This document shows, one piece after another, positions 1-14,735 of a stretch of 61,843 bases of DNA. The notes under the pieces were generated by a model that saw nothing but the letters and a program-made list of their open reading frames with translations, ran no database searches and had not been told where the DNA came from. Position 1 is the first letter of the stretch. Every line of letters begins with the position of its first letter. A program made the translations under genes and the position numbers. The stretch is from assembly GCF_001194135.2 (NCBI RefSeq), contig NC_068999.1:35499878-35561720 (forward strand), read 5' to 3'. Origin of the DNA: Octopus bimaculoides. Lineage: Eukaryota.

Positions 1-37
<37 letters not shown>

Positions 38-1169
38 CATGCGTACATATATATACATGGATACATATTTATTTATATATTATATATGTATATATTATAT
101 ATATGTATATGTGTATATTTGTGTGTATGGATGTTTGTGTGTGTGTGTGTGTGTGTCTACAGACACGCACAACAATATAAATATATATGTAGTTTTCATG
201 AATATGATAAATTCTTACCTCAAGCTGAAACATACACTTACACACACATTCTCTCACACACACACACTCTTATACATGTAGGTGTGTGTGTGTGTGCATA
301 CATATATACACCCACATAGAGAGAGACAAATAAGTATATACATTATGCATATATATATGTATATGTATATATATAAATATATATATACATACATATATAT
401 ATAGATATATATATATANNNNNNNNNNNNNNNNNNNNNNNNNNNNNNNNNNNNNNNNNNNNNNNNNNNNNNNNNNNNNNNNNNNNNNNNNNNNNNNNNNN
501 NNNNNNNNNNNNNNNNNNNNNNNNNNNNNNNNNNNNNNNNNNNNNNNNNNNNNNNNNNNNNNNNNNNNNNNNNNNNNNNNNNNNNNNNNNNNNNNNNNNN
601 NNNNNNNNNNNNNNNNNNNNNNNNNNNNNNNNNNNNNNNNNNNNNNNNNNNNNNNNNNNNNNNNNNNNNNNNNNNNNNNNNNNNNNNNNNNNNNNNNNNN
701 NNNNNNNNNNNNNNNNNNNNNNNNNNNNNNNNNNNNNNNNNNNNNNNNNNNNNNNNNNNNNNNNNNNNNNNNNNNNNNNNNNNNNNNNNNNNNNNNNNNN
801 NNNNNNNNNNNNNNNNNNNNNNNNNNNNNNNNNNNNNNNNNNNNNNNNNNNNNNNNNNNNNNNNNNNNNNNNNNNNNNNNNNNNNNNNNNNNNNNNNNNN
901 NNNNNNNNNNNNNNNNNNNNNNNNNNNNNNNNNNNNNNNNNNNNNNNNNNNNNNNNNNNNNNNNNNNNNNNNNNNACACACACAAATACATATACATACA
1001 TGCACACACACACATACACGCATATATACATGAATATATATACATGTATTTTTTTTTCTTTTTTCCTTTAGCTGACCAATGCTCTGAGTTCAAATTCCAC
1101 CGAGGTCTACTTTGCTTTTCATCCATTCATTCCTCTCTCCCAAAATTTCAGGACCCTATAGTAGAAAGG

Positions 1170-1219
<50 letters not shown>

Positions 1220-1242
1220 CATTATTATTATTATTATTATTA

Positions 1243-1445
1243 AGCTGGCAGAATTGTTAGCACGCTGGATGAAATGTTTAGCAGTATTTCGTCCTCCTTT
1301 AAGTTTTGAGTGCAAATTCCACCGAGGCCGACTTTGCTTTCACCCTTTCGGGGTCGATAAATTAAGTACCAGTTCAACACTGGGGTCGATAAAATTCATC
1401 CATCCCCTCCCTCAAAATGACTGCCCTTGTGGCAAAATTTAAAGC
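1243..1445 (+). mobile_element. SINE family B copy
   Basis: Collinear with 48353-48520 and inserted after (ATT)n. Confidence 0.85.
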
Positions 1446-1698
1446 CGTTATTATTATCATTATGTTTATTTTTTCTTCTTTCTTCAAATTTTCTTCCATT
1501 TCTCGCCGAGTGCTTTCCGTACACCTAGGGCAGAGAAGCTCCTTGTATGCATTCCCAGTTTATACACACAAATTCACAGGTAAAATATGTATTTTAAAAA
1601 AATTAATAAATAAATAAATTCATGAATGGATGTTGTTTTCACAGCGATAATGCTCTTCTCAGTACATGAGTCGTTCCAATTAACACGATTTTTTGCAC

Positions 1699-1789
<91 letters not shown>

Positions 1790-3274
1790 TTTAAAATCAG
1801 TGATCTTGCAGAATGTATAGCATGCCAGATAATATAATTAGATTCATTTCTTCTGGCTTTATGTTCGGGGTTCAAATGCTGCCAAAGTCGAATTATCCTT
1901 TCATCCTTTCGGGGCCGATAGAATAAGTACCAGTTGAGCACTTAGTTCGATGTAATCGAGTAGCTCCATCTCTCCTAAAATTTCAGGCCTTGTGCCAATA
2001 GTTGTTAAAATTATTATCATTATTTAAACTGCCGACACTTTCATTCGTGTGTTTTTAATAAATCCTATGTAATGAATGAAATGTTATTTTAATCTCATTT
2101 TTCTTTTCTGATATTTATTTATTCAGAAAATCAATTTTGTTTGTACGCAACTCCCAGAGTTCGCCAACCAGGTTAATGAAAGAAAAGTTTGGTAAGGACG
2201 AGAGAAAGTTTTGAAGAACTGTCGGAGAATTGATGGCGTGGTAATGGTGCGTTGAAGAGTTTACTTCATGAGAATAGGGCGACAATTTATCATGTCATGG
2301 TTGTCATGTTTGTGGTTCTCGTGAAAACTGTGATGAAATAGCGGAGATAAAGATGTCAGGCTATATAATGAATGATATGTGAAGGATACAGTTAACACTC
2401 ACACCCACACATAAATACAGGTTAATATGTGAACAGCTATATGCGTATACATATATAGCATATAGTATATAGTGTGTGTGTGTATATATATATATATACG
2501 TGTGTATGTTGTGCGTATGTGTGCGTGCATGTGTGTGTGAATATGTGTATCTCTATGTATACATGTATATGTTTATATAGGTAGAGATGGAGAGATGACA
2601 GAAAAAAATATATCTGCGTGTATACATATATCCATATATGTGTGTATGCATGTGTTTGTGCGAGAGCGTATATATACATATANNNNNNNNNNNNNNNNNN
2701 NNNNNNNNNNNNNNNNNNNNNNNNNNNNNNNNNNNNNNNNNNNNNNNNNNNNNNNNNNNNNNNNNNNNNNNNNNNNNNNNNNNNNNNNNNNNNNNNNNNN
2801 NNNNNNNNNNNNNNNNNNNNNNNNNNNNNNNNNNNNNNNNNNNNNNNNNNNNNNNNNNNNNNGTGGGATATAGAATATGGAATATATAATATAATATAAA
2901 TGGTAAAATGAAATGAAGTATTGAACGTCTTAGTGAATATATATATATATGGCCTCATTACAGGTTCACTTCAGTGTTTGCAACGCCTCTCTCGAAGGAG
3001 AGCGGCAAGATCTAAGGCTAAGATATGATATTTACTTACCCAGACAACGTAAGAGGGAATATGGCTACTATAGACCGGATACGTATTAATCCCTTAAATG
3101 ATCTATAAAGAACTTCCATAACTTAGAAGTTGTCTAGCTGGATCACGAGAAAACATTTTCTAGCATAACGAGTACTCTTTGTCTTCTACGAGGAAAAGAA
3201 CAACCTGCCAATATAGATTCTGCAAGCAGGTGAGATTTTCTTTTAACAAGGTGAACATAAAAGTGCAGAATATT

Positions 3275-3705
3275 TGCGTGGTAAAAAGCCTGCTTCCCAA
3301 TGACATGGTTCCGCATCTAGTCTCACTGTTTGGTATCTTGGGCAAGTGTCTTCTACTATAGCCTGGGGCTGACCAAAGTCTTGTGAGTGTATATGGTAGA
3401 TGAAAATCGAAAAAAGCCCGTCATATATAGATATGTGTATGTGTGTGTGCGTGTGTATTTGTGTATGTGTATGTGTGCGTGTGTATGTGTCTCTGTCCCC
3501 AAAACTGCTTGACAATCGGCGCTGGTTTGTTTACATCCTCGTAACGTAGTGGTTCGGCAAAAGAGACCGATAGTATAGGTGCCAGACTTAAGAAAAAAAT
3601 GTACTGGGAGCGATCCATTCGACAAAATTTCTTCAAGACACTGCCCCAGCATTGCCGCAGTCTGTTGAATGGAATAGATAAAAGAGTAACGATAAAAGAT
3701 ATCAG
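3275..3705 (+). mobile_element. SINE family A copy
   Basis: Collinear with 35935-36340. Confidence 0.85.
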
Positions 3706-3769
3706 TTAGAGAGCAATAAATGGATATCTTAAAGAGATTTTTTTAAATGGTTATCACATCTCACAGCAT

Positions 3770-3900
3770 GCAATAAGCGTACAATTCACAATATCTTTGC
3801 TGTGCCTATCCTAACTCCGAGAGGTGGCCTACTGAACTACTCTCTACAAGAAATGAATAAGTTGAAGGGAATAAAACTCAAAAGAATCAACTACGTTCCA
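3770..3900 (+). mobile_element. Possible R4/Dong-like LINE remnant
   Basis: IHNIFAVPILT..LLNYSLQEMNKL resembles AINTFAVPVLTY..INW..E..LD. Confidence 0.35.
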
Positions 3901-4454
3901 TAAAAAGTTTAAAATCAATTGAAATGCATACAACTTATATTTCTGCCGCGGGAAAATTAAGTATGGTCTTAATTTATATTAACTCTACATAGTTGTAGTG
4001 AAGCAATATCTATATTACAAGCAAGAATTTCTGCAAGTGTCTCCTTACATTTACAAGAAGTCATCGTACTATATGAAAAAGAAACATAACATATGAAATC
4101 ACGACAGCAAATTCTATGCAAAGTAATAATAACGACGATATATGAGTGTTCGTATACGACTAACACAAATGATTTGTTTATACTGATCAAATATGTACAG
4201 CAATCAAATGTCTGAGTTGTGCATTAGCTCACTCTCTTCATCAAATCGACGTTGCTTAAGCACGTGCACGGTGTACTAAGCGTCAGGTGTCGAAGAGATC
4301 GCAGAGTTTAATCTGTGATGAAGTGCATTGCTCAAGAACACAGTGCACCACCTGGTCTAAGGATTAAAACAGCGATCTCGCGATCGTGCGCGCAACGTCC
4401 TAACCATTAGGTCAAGAGACTTCGCGTATGTAACGTAATAATAACAATAATAAT

Positions 4455-4797
<343 letters not shown>

Positions 4798-4869
4798 GAC
4801 ACCTTGTCCACGGACAAACGAACCAGTAAACACGACTGAAAACAATTCCTCCGCCTTCGCTAAGGCGGA

Positions 4870-5435
4870 GGTAATAATAACAACACTGCCCTGATGCAGT
4901 ATCAGGCACTGGCTCTCGTGGCTTCTGATCTTGACTGATTGGAAATGTTATAACGTACATTGTTTTGTCTAGGTATAAAAGAAGGGCTACAGCCTGTTGA
5001 ATGAATTCTGCTCATAACCAGATTTGCTTGTCGTTGGTTTGACCTTCACCAGTTGAACATGTCCTTTGGTGGCTGACGATATGTGCATCTCTGATCACGA
5101 GCAGAAGTAGTGGGGGAGCATCATAGTCATGTGTTATGAGGAATTGTTTGGAGTTTGAATAATTCACCCCTGGAAACATGGTTGTTTCGTTCAACATCCT
5201 TAAACAACCCTTATTCATAGACCTTTTGAGCGGAATGGGCTACTCGGCCTGAAGAGAATTTTAACTGGGTCCCACTTGCAAAGTCATGCGCTGTTTATCT
5301 TGATATGAGATTACCATGTCACGCACATATGATTGCGATGCATGTGCCTGGTATACTCTTATCAGACGGGTATTGATGATGGATATACTGGGCTTCGTAT
5401 ATTTTACCCCAGTGTCACTTTGATGGCATGCATTG

Positions 5436-5522
<87 letters not shown>

Positions 5523-5530
5523 AATAATAA
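4870..5530 (+). repeat. Unclassified interspersed repeat
   Basis: 5010-5170 is homologous to 13915-14070. Flanked by (TAA)n tracts. Confidence 0.65.
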
Positions 5531-5968
5531 TAATAATGATTATAAATGTGAAGAAATCAATGAAAGTTTTATATAGGGGTACTTCAAACAAAATTACAAA
5601 CTGTAGAGTGACTAATCCACGCTAAAATACCAACATTGAGGACCGACAAGTTTATAAATTCTCGCTTTCAAATGTTTTCTCCAAGCAATCCAGGGACGGG
5701 AAAACATACGTCAGTAACCCTTCATGAAATGGCCAAAACCATTTGCTGACAATAGCTGTACCGTAGGTCAGCAAAACAACAATTGAAACTGCTGGTTATA
5801 TTATTTCTGGTTATGAATGAATATCCAACTGGTTATACTTTTCCGAGTGGGCCACGATGTATAAATCAGAAGAGTCCAACAGGAAAGAATGACATCATCC
5901 AGAAAAGACGAACATATGACAGATTATTTAAAAGAATATTCAAGAAAATCTACATAGAAAATATATAG

Positions 5969-6190
5969 TATTGGGTTGTCCGGAAAGTTCGTGCCGATTT
6001 TCCAAAAGGTTCTTCTCACTCAACTCATGTGATACCCAAACATCGTAGCGATTTCTGTACCCAAGCTTTACCAGGTGCTCATGAACGACAGATTTTGATA
6101 GGTTGAGGCTTTCTGCTACAAATCCTTTGCAAAGTACAATTTGTTGACCGTCTGACCAGAGGGAATCCAGTGGATGTAGATGAATCCCTT
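5969..6190 (-). mobile_element. Mariner remnant with one TIR
   Basis: TA-TTGGGTTGTCCGGAAAGTTCGTGCCGATTT TIR-like end. The minus strand encodes SKSVVHEHLVKLGYRNRYDVWVSHELSEKNLL. Confidence 0.75.
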
Positions 6191-6632
6191 ACTGTCGATA
6201 GAGGGGATCATCGTGAGCTTCCAGTTTTTGTTTGTTTGTCTTTTTCTTTCTGCTTTGCTTGGACTCTTGTGGCAGCGAAAAAATTATGCTCGACTTATGC
6301 AAGTAAATCCATAAGGAGTAGGAATAAGTCATAAGATTCTGTAGCGTTTTCACCCGGATTAACAAAACTTTATTGCACAGCGAATTTCCAAATTTTCTTC
6401 GCATCTTGGCTGTATTCTGCAAACTGGTCAGCTGTGACAAGCAGTGTTTAGCAGGTTATGTTCAAAGTGCTGTTACAGTCGTTTCTTTCAATCTGGAATA
6501 ACAAAAATTGGCAGATCAGCTCATTAGATGTGTAGTAATGATTTACTAAAATTACAATAATATAGGATAGATATAGCTGCTTCTCCTAAAAAAAGAAGAG
6601 TCTCAAAACTTCTGGAAATGCATCTCATATAT

Positions 6633-6681
<49 letters not shown>

Positions 6682-7122
6682 TACATATGTGTACGTGTAT
6701 ACGTGTGTATGTGTGTATGTGTGTGTGCGTGTGTGCGTGAATGTGTGTGTGCATGTATGTGTGTGTGTTTGTGTGTGGTGTAAACAGCGTATTTAGGTGT
6801 ACATAACACGCGCTCGTGAAAGTTTCTTGGAGCGTAGCATTTATATGTTTAATGCCTATTGTTACTTACATACCATGAATTAACCCTGCTGCCTAGGAAT
6901 TTAAATACCATTCTTCAGCAGAAAATGATTGTATCAAAATTCCTGGACACCAGGGTGATGACATTGTACCGATGTAACATATAACATCATGTTGTATGTA
7001 TATGTGTGTGTGTGTATTTGTGTGTGTGTGTGTGTGTATGTGTGTGTGTGTATCATAAAGGTATATTATATTCGAGCGCATGTATATATAGATACACACG
7101 CAGGCATAGTTTNNNNNNNNNN

Positions 7123-7185
<63 letters not shown>

Positions 7186-7560
7186 CATACTCTTCTATTG
7201 AAGGATAGATCTCTGCATAATAGTTTGTGGACTTGTACCACGCTTGAAGCAGACAGGCACGCATGTGTACACTCACACAACAAACATATATATCTTACAG
7301 ACATCTGCACAATTTGCGTGACTCACAAACATTAATCCACCCGGGGCTAAAATAGAGATAGAAAAAACACTTCTAGAAGTTGTCGCTCCTTGTATGATCG
7401 AACCCGAAACCAAGTCATTGAGAAAGTAGCTTCTTAACGATTCTACTGCGTTTTCTCCTCCGTAAAAAGGAACGTTCGTGAATGTGTGTGTGTGTGTGTC
7501 TCTNNNNNNNNNNNNNNNNNNNNNNNNNNNNNNNNNNNNNNNNNNNNNNNNNNNNNNNNN

Positions 7561-7603
<43 letters not shown>

Positions 7604-8286
7604 TCATTTATCAAATATGACGGCACGGGTATATATCAAGCTTGAAGGATTGTTTGGCAACACGAGGCATGTTATATAAATCTACCGAAACATTGTGCTT
7701 CCACGGCATGAAACCATTTGTAACTCATATTTAAATACTGTGTATATAAAATTATACGTGTGCGTATATCTATATACATATACATGAATATTTGTATATA
7801 ATGTATATATAGTATATGTATATGTATATCACTGGTGTATCTATATATACATGCGCGCGAATGTAATATACATTTATGATATACATCATACACACAGACA
7901 CACCCATACACAGACACACACATATACATATATATACATTCATACATACGAACATATATACATATAGATATATGCTTATGCATATATATGCATGAGTGTA
8001 TTTACACATATATGTATATGTGTTTATTATTTGTATATATGTATTTATTATGTATATACATATATGTGTATATATTTTTAACGGTATATATTATATACCA
8101 TATACACAAACACATCTAATTCTGTTTCTATCTACCTGTTCTCAAAACAGTGTATTAATAACTATATCGAATATATACAAACACATTATCTGTTTATTCT
8201 GCATCTAAAAAACATTAGTTTATTAATTGTCTCAATTAATTGATGGATCACACAATCATATAAACAATTTACAAATTACCTTAATA

Positions 8287-8344
<58 letters not shown>

Positions 8345-9187
8345 CGCGTGCGTGTGTGTGTGTGTCTGTGTCTGTGTGTGTGTGTGTGTGTGTATTCATG
8401 TACGAATATACGTGGGGTGTGCTTAGGAACGTATATATGTGCGTGCTTTTATGTACGCATATACATGTGCGAGTCCTTGTGTATGTACGTGTACAAATAT
8501 GCCTGTGTGTATGTGTGTGTGTTAGTGTTTATGTGTGTGTGTGTGTGTGTGTGTGTGAGTGTGTGTGTGTGTGTGAGTGTGTTGTCGTGATTTAATTAAG
8601 TTACAGATATTACATACGTTGCATGTATTGTTGTACGTCATGTGAAACAATGGAGACGACTCAGCTGGAATGAAGCCGGTTTCTCCTCTCTGAACTATGT
8701 AGTGTTTGTAGAATTGACTACAACACAATTAACAACAGATGTAAATATGAAATATTAAGGTTAGTTACTCACGGCCACCATCTGCATGAAAATGTAACAC
8801 TGGAGTACGACTGAAAATAGTTAGTGAAAATTATCAGTAATTTTTAATTAAAATAGAAACTTAATTCAATGATGTGTGGAGAAAATTTGTTCAAAAGCTA
8901 ATTAGATCTCTAATTAGAATACTGTGGTTTAATATAAATTTTGTTCACACCTTCATGGATGTGAATATGAGTCAATAAATGAAACACAAGTTGTTTGGTA
9001 GACCTGCTGAAACTAGCAGCAATATCCTTCCTCAAATCGCACAACGCCATCTCTAAACTGGAAAAAAAAAACACATTTGATGATTTAGTCCAAGATAAAA
9101 AGGACTGAATACAAATGACAGGATGGAATTTCCATCCGCCAAATCCATTCAGAAGGCTTTGGCCGCTCGAGGCTATAGTAAAAGACC

Positions 9188-9261
9188 TACGGGCATACGG
9201 CGTTGTGGTTAAGGGCGCGGGCTAGTAACACCAAGATTCCGAGTTCGATTCCAGGCAGTGA

Positions 9262-9298
<37 letters not shown>

Positions 9299-9406
9299 CA
9301 TCAAAAAATACCTAATAAAGGCTGGAGGGTATATCAGCCGAAACGTTGTGTTAACAATAAACAAGATGAGGACAAATATCCGTCGAATGTAAATAATGTA
9401 AATTAT
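9188..9406 (+). mobile_element. tRNA-headed SINE carrying a hammerhead-type motif
   Basis: A/B boxes (TGGTTAAGG, GTTCGATTCC), an (AAT)n linker, a segment homologous to 16012-16105 and an AATGTA-repeat tail. TSD GTAAAAGACC at 9178-9187 and 9407-9416. Inserted in a family-A SINE. Confidence 0.75.
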
Positions 9407-9990
9407 GTAAAAGACCCTTGCCCAAGGAACCACGCAGTGGGAATGAACCCGGAACCATGTGGTTTGGGAAACAAGCTTCTTGCCACACTGTCACGCCTGG
9501 GAATGTGTTACGCACATATATATTATTAATACAAACACACAGACACACACACACAACACACAACACACACACACACAACACACAACACACACACACACAC
9601 GCACACACATACACACACATACTTTCACATATATACCCATATTTTCTTTTATTCCTTGACTAGTTTTTAAACATTGGACTGCGGCCTTCATGGAGTTCCC
9701 TTTCTAACTATCTATCTATCTATTTATCTATCTACTATCTATCTTTTTTTCTGTTTGTCCGTCGGTCTTTGTGTCTGAGTTTCTCCCCCATGACCGCTTG
9801 ACAACCGATTTTCGGCAATAGAGATCGATAGAATAATTATCAGGCTTAAAAATAAAGAATAAGTATTGGGGTTTCGATTCATTCGTCTAAAAAATTCAAG
9901 TCGGTGCCCCAGAATGGCTGCAGTCTAATGAGTGAAATGTGTAAAAGATTAAAGATACATAGTTGTGGATATATGTATGTAGATAGATAC

Positions 9991-10028
<38 letters not shown>

Positions 10029-10459
10029 TAACAGACAGACTAACAGATAGACTGACAGACAGACAGATATTGTACACATATTTATTCACAAGTATGTTCA
10101 ACAGGATTGCATTTCTGAACAACGTTCCCGTTTCATACGTCCTTTGAGTCGTACATGTGCGTGGATTATTAGTGGTTGTTTTCTCCTTCTTCCTTCCTCC
10201 CTTTGGATTTCCCTGTTTTTCCTGTTTCCGAAGGAGAGCTATGCTCCAAACAACTACTCTTTTCCTTCTCCAAGCGTCAGAGTGTGTACATGCGTGTACA
10301 TATGCGTGCGTGTACGCACATACACTAATGATTACGCACTTATACAAATGTTTACCCATGTAGCTAGGAATACGAAGTGCCATTCCCATTCGATTTCTGT
10401 GCTCGTAATTGCTTTAAACTTTCGGGTAATTGTCTGAAAATATAATTCAACCACACACA

Positions 10460-10515
<56 letters not shown>

Positions 10516-10696
10516 ACACACACACATACACACACATACAACACACACACACATACACACACATACAACACACACACACACACGCACGCACACTTATACG
10601 CACAGAATAACGTCCGTATGGTATATAAATGACATACATATATAGCTAAACTGATTGATGATAAGAAAATGAGACAACAATCGTAAGAACTTCATT

Positions 10697-10777
10697 AGCT
10701 TACAGCTGTTTCTGATATAAGATGCAGTGGACTCATAGACGAGCGCTTTAGCTATACATAATAGCTTCATCAGAGCC
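10697..10777 (-). ncRNA. Hammerhead ribozyme-like motif with long domain II
   Basis: Minus strand reads GGCU-CUGAUGA-AGCUAU...(about 55 nt)...GAA-ACAGCUGU-A-AGCU, with an 8-nt palindromic helix III and a 4-bp helix I. The base of helix II is imperfect. Confidence 0.45.
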
Positions 10778-11070
10778 TCGAATAGGAAGTGAAGTTTATT
10801 TGATAGATAGATCGGTAGATAGATCGGTAGATAGATCGGTAGATAGATCGGNNNNNNNNNNTCGGTAGATAGATCGGTAGATAGATCGGTAGATAGATCG
10901 GTAGATAGATATAGATAAATTGATAGAAATGCATCTATCAATACCTATATTTGTATATCGATATGCCTATCTCTATATATCTATGTCATTATCTCTCTCG
11001 CCCCCTCTATTTCTCCTCTCTCCCTCTTTCTCTCGCTCTTTCTCTCCCTCTCTCTCTCCCTCTCCCCCCC

Positions 11071-11108
<38 letters not shown>

Positions 11109-11784
11109 GAGTTAATATAAGGATAAGCAAGTTGGGCAAGTCGTGATATGTATATATACATACATATACATATATGTGTATGTGTGTGTGTATGCATCTA
11201 TACATGCATACATACATACATACACACATACATATATATATATATGATAGTTTGGATTTTAACTACTCCTTCTTGCGGTTTAGGTGTCAGATTATGGCCA
11301 TCTTTTATGTGTTTAAACGTACAATGTATTTATAATGAATAATACATAGTCTAATGACTACTTTTTCTACACGCTAGGCCACGGTGGTAAAAAAATTTTC
11401 TAAATAATATTTTACTACCCTGAAATTTATATATATATACACTGGTTTGTATCTGTCGAAACCAATGTGAGTGCTCAATATAGAGGTATGTTTTTATTGC
11501 AACTGTAAAGCAGATTGCCTTGCGTTGTGTGTGTCTTAGCTTGTTTGTTTCCATCGATACTTCCAACCGCTTCTTGGCAACAGTATTGCCTTAGCGGTTC
11601 GGCATATGAGAACCGATAGAATTAGTATCATACTTCAAAAAATAAATTCTGGAATTGACTTGTTCGACCAAAAGAGAAACGGAACAGCTAAAAGCCTACA
11701 GTAAAATTGAAGTAAACACCGTTCAGATAGTAATGGAATGTAATCACCCGAAGGCTAGCATTATAACGCTATAAACTATAACGC

Positions 11785-12140
11785 TATACACACGGTTATT
11801 TCGTTACTATGATACTTCAGTATGTCGTCCACATAGTTATTTCGTTGCGATAGTGCTGGAATGAGTTATCTACATGACTGTTTCGTTGCGATAACACTGG
11901 AATTATCTACACGGCAAGTTTTTTTGTATTTGAACTGGGATGTGTTATATAAACTGCTAGTTCATTGCAATAGAGCTATTATGTTCTATTAAGTAGCCGG
12001 GTAGACAACACACTACAATTGCTGTAGAATGTGTTATCCACACAGCTATTTCGATTCAAAATTAGTGGAATATGTTATTTAGATGTTTCTATCTTGGGTA
12101 GTGAAATATGTCCACAAGATTATTTTGTGGCAATTGTAGA
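11785..12140 (+). repeat. Degenerate minisatellite, unit about 40 bp
   Basis: Recurrent TATCCACACAG.TATTTCGTTGC.ATA..GCTGGAAT units. Confidence 0.65.
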
Positions 12141-12359
12141 GAAGCATTAGGCGGTGGGCTAGCGGAATCGTTAACACACGGACCAAAGCATAGCGGCATT
12201 TCGTCCATCCTTACGTTCTGAGTTCACACTCCTCCGAGGTTGACTTTGCACTTTCAGTCTTCCGAGGTCGATAAAATAAGTACCAGTTGAGCACTGTGGT
12301 CTATGTAACCGCCTTAGCACCTTCTCCGAAACTGCTGGCCTTGTGCCAANNNNNNNNNN

Positions 12360-12417
<58 letters not shown>

Positions 12418-12839
12418 GTAATGATAACTCTATCCTGAAATAATTTATTCAGAAGGTAATCGATTTATCCTCTCATCGAAATTGCTGGCCTTGTGCCAAA
12501 ATTTGAAACCAATATTTCAACAATATTCTGGAAATGTAACAACAAACGTCACTGTAATATAATTACAATATAACTACAATATATGTAAGATATAACTATA
12601 ACATAACTATAATGTAACGATAATGTAACTTCAGGTACAATGCTCATATAGTGGGAGAACCTGGTTGGAAGACACACATTCACCAATTTGGGGCCACCCT
12701 CGACGTTATTCGTTCATTAGATCTTCTAAAGAAATTTACGATTGCTCAGACGCATATGTGATATACATTTGTGGTATATACATACATAGATATATATCTG
12801 TGTGTGTATATATATATATGAGTATATATATGTATATAT

Positions 12840-12912
<73 letters not shown>

Positions 12913-12923
12913 GGTATGTATGA

Positions 12924-12955
<32 letters not shown>

Positions 12956-14299
12956 ATACATACATACATATACATATATGTGTATATACATCTGTACATA
13001 TATGTGTGCGTGTGTGTTTGTATGCGCATATGTGTGTATGTGTGCTTATGTGTTTGTGGTGTTTGTTTTTATTTGTATGTATGCATGTATGCATGTATGC
13101 ATGTATTTATGTATGTATGTAAAGTGCGAAACACGTCATTCCACGCTGTGCTGACAGACCGTGCTTTGTATTGGGTCTTCGTTCGTTGAATCATGTAATT
13201 CGTTTTGTAATGTGATGGAGGGCACGTGTTGGGAACATCAGAACTTCACATGAGGAACCAGTTAAGGACTTTTAATGGCAACAATGTGCAGCTTTATGTA
13301 AGGGAACACACACACACACACACACAACAAGAACAACGAACAACTGCGCACGACTGAGCGAGTCTCTGGGCAGTCGCTTGACTTTGTAGAAATCACAACC
13401 CCCATCCCTTAAATCACACGGTTATTGCTGTCTATAAAAAAGGAAGAATGTTTTGAAAAATGTTATTCTAAAATAAGTCGGGTGTATGTGAAAGACAGGC
13501 TGGTTACGATAGAGAAGGTATTTGATATTGGTTTAGTTCTGAGAGATCGGGGCTATCCTAAGTTTAAAGAGTAACAATGGCAGGAATATCAAAACCTATC
13601 CGCATTCATATGTAAAGAGAAACAAACAGATATAATAGCAGCTACAACAATCTAAGATCGACAACAACAACATAGTGTTATTATTATGACACTATGTAAA
13701 TGAATTTTTATTTATTTATTCATTTTATCTTTGGTCAGTAAGTGTTATTTCTTATTTGTTTCTATCTAGAAATCAAAAGAAATGAAAACTATTCCCTTCG
13801 AACTTTGCTTTTGTGACCTGGACCTAAATGTTTTTAAACCGACCTCTTTTCCATTACATTTCAAACATATTCAGCATTGAGTTGCTGAAGCAGAAATATC
13901 ATTATGGCAAATATTCTGTTCGATGCCACAGATTTGCTTGTCAGTTGCTTGACCTTAACCACTTGAAAATGTCCCTTAGTGGCTGACAATATGTGCATCT
14001 CGGATGATGAGCAGGAGTAGTAGGGGAGCATCATAGCCATGTGTTGAGAGGGATTCTTTGGGTTTTGAACAAAAGTAACAAAAGCTAAGTTTGAAGAAAA
14101 TATTAGCAATTTTCCATACTTTCTAAGGGTAAGCAATTAGGAAATCACAGATGCTACTCAAGGACAAAAATCGTATTGCATAGTATAATCAATGACATAA
14201 AAAGAATAACAATAACAATTAATAATAAACAATGATAAAACAATAAAGTCAATCACATTAATAATTAATATCAACACCGTCATTATAATAATTATTTCT

Positions 14300-14735
14300 A
14301 CTACAGATGCAAGGCCAGAAATTTTGAGGAAGGGTGTTTGTTGATTACATCGACTTCAGTGCTCAACCGGTACTTATTTCATCGACCCCGTGAGGACAAA
14401 AAGAAAATCGACCTCGGCGGATTTTGAACTCACAACTCGAAGACGAACGAGATATTGCTAAGCATTTTGTCCAGCGTGCTAATGATTCCGCAAGCTCACC
14501 GCCTTAATAATAATAATAACGGTCTCAAATTTTGGCACAAGGCCAGCAAGCTCGGGGGACGGGATAAGTCGATCACATTGACCCCTGTACTCAACTGGTA
14601 CTTATTTTATCGACCCCGAAAGGATGAAAGGAAAAGTCGACATCAGCGGAATTTGAACTCAGAGCATAAAGACGGACGAAATGCCGCGAAGAATTTTGCC
14701 CCGCATGCTAACAATTCTGCCAGCTCTCCACCTTC
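14300..14735 (-). mobile_element. Two tandem SINE family B copies
   Basis: Two reverse-complement copies of 48353-48520 separated by (TAA)n. Confidence 0.85.

Noticed and set aside
5560-5960. Possible Penelope GIY-YIG remnant
   Set aside because: Only weak fragments (VYKF, GKTYV), not enough to call.
9191-9265. Functional tRNA genes here and at other A/B-box sites
   Set aside because: Stems are broken and the heads continue into SINE bodies.
11785-12140. CRISPR-like repeat/spacer appearance
   Set aside because: Eukaryotic context, no cas genes, and the spacers are themselves homologous. It is a degenerate minisatellite.
13125-13140. Isolated GAAACACGTC, and GAAACCCGTC at about 49988
   Set aside because: Only the 3' half of an HHR, with no CUGANGA core upstream.
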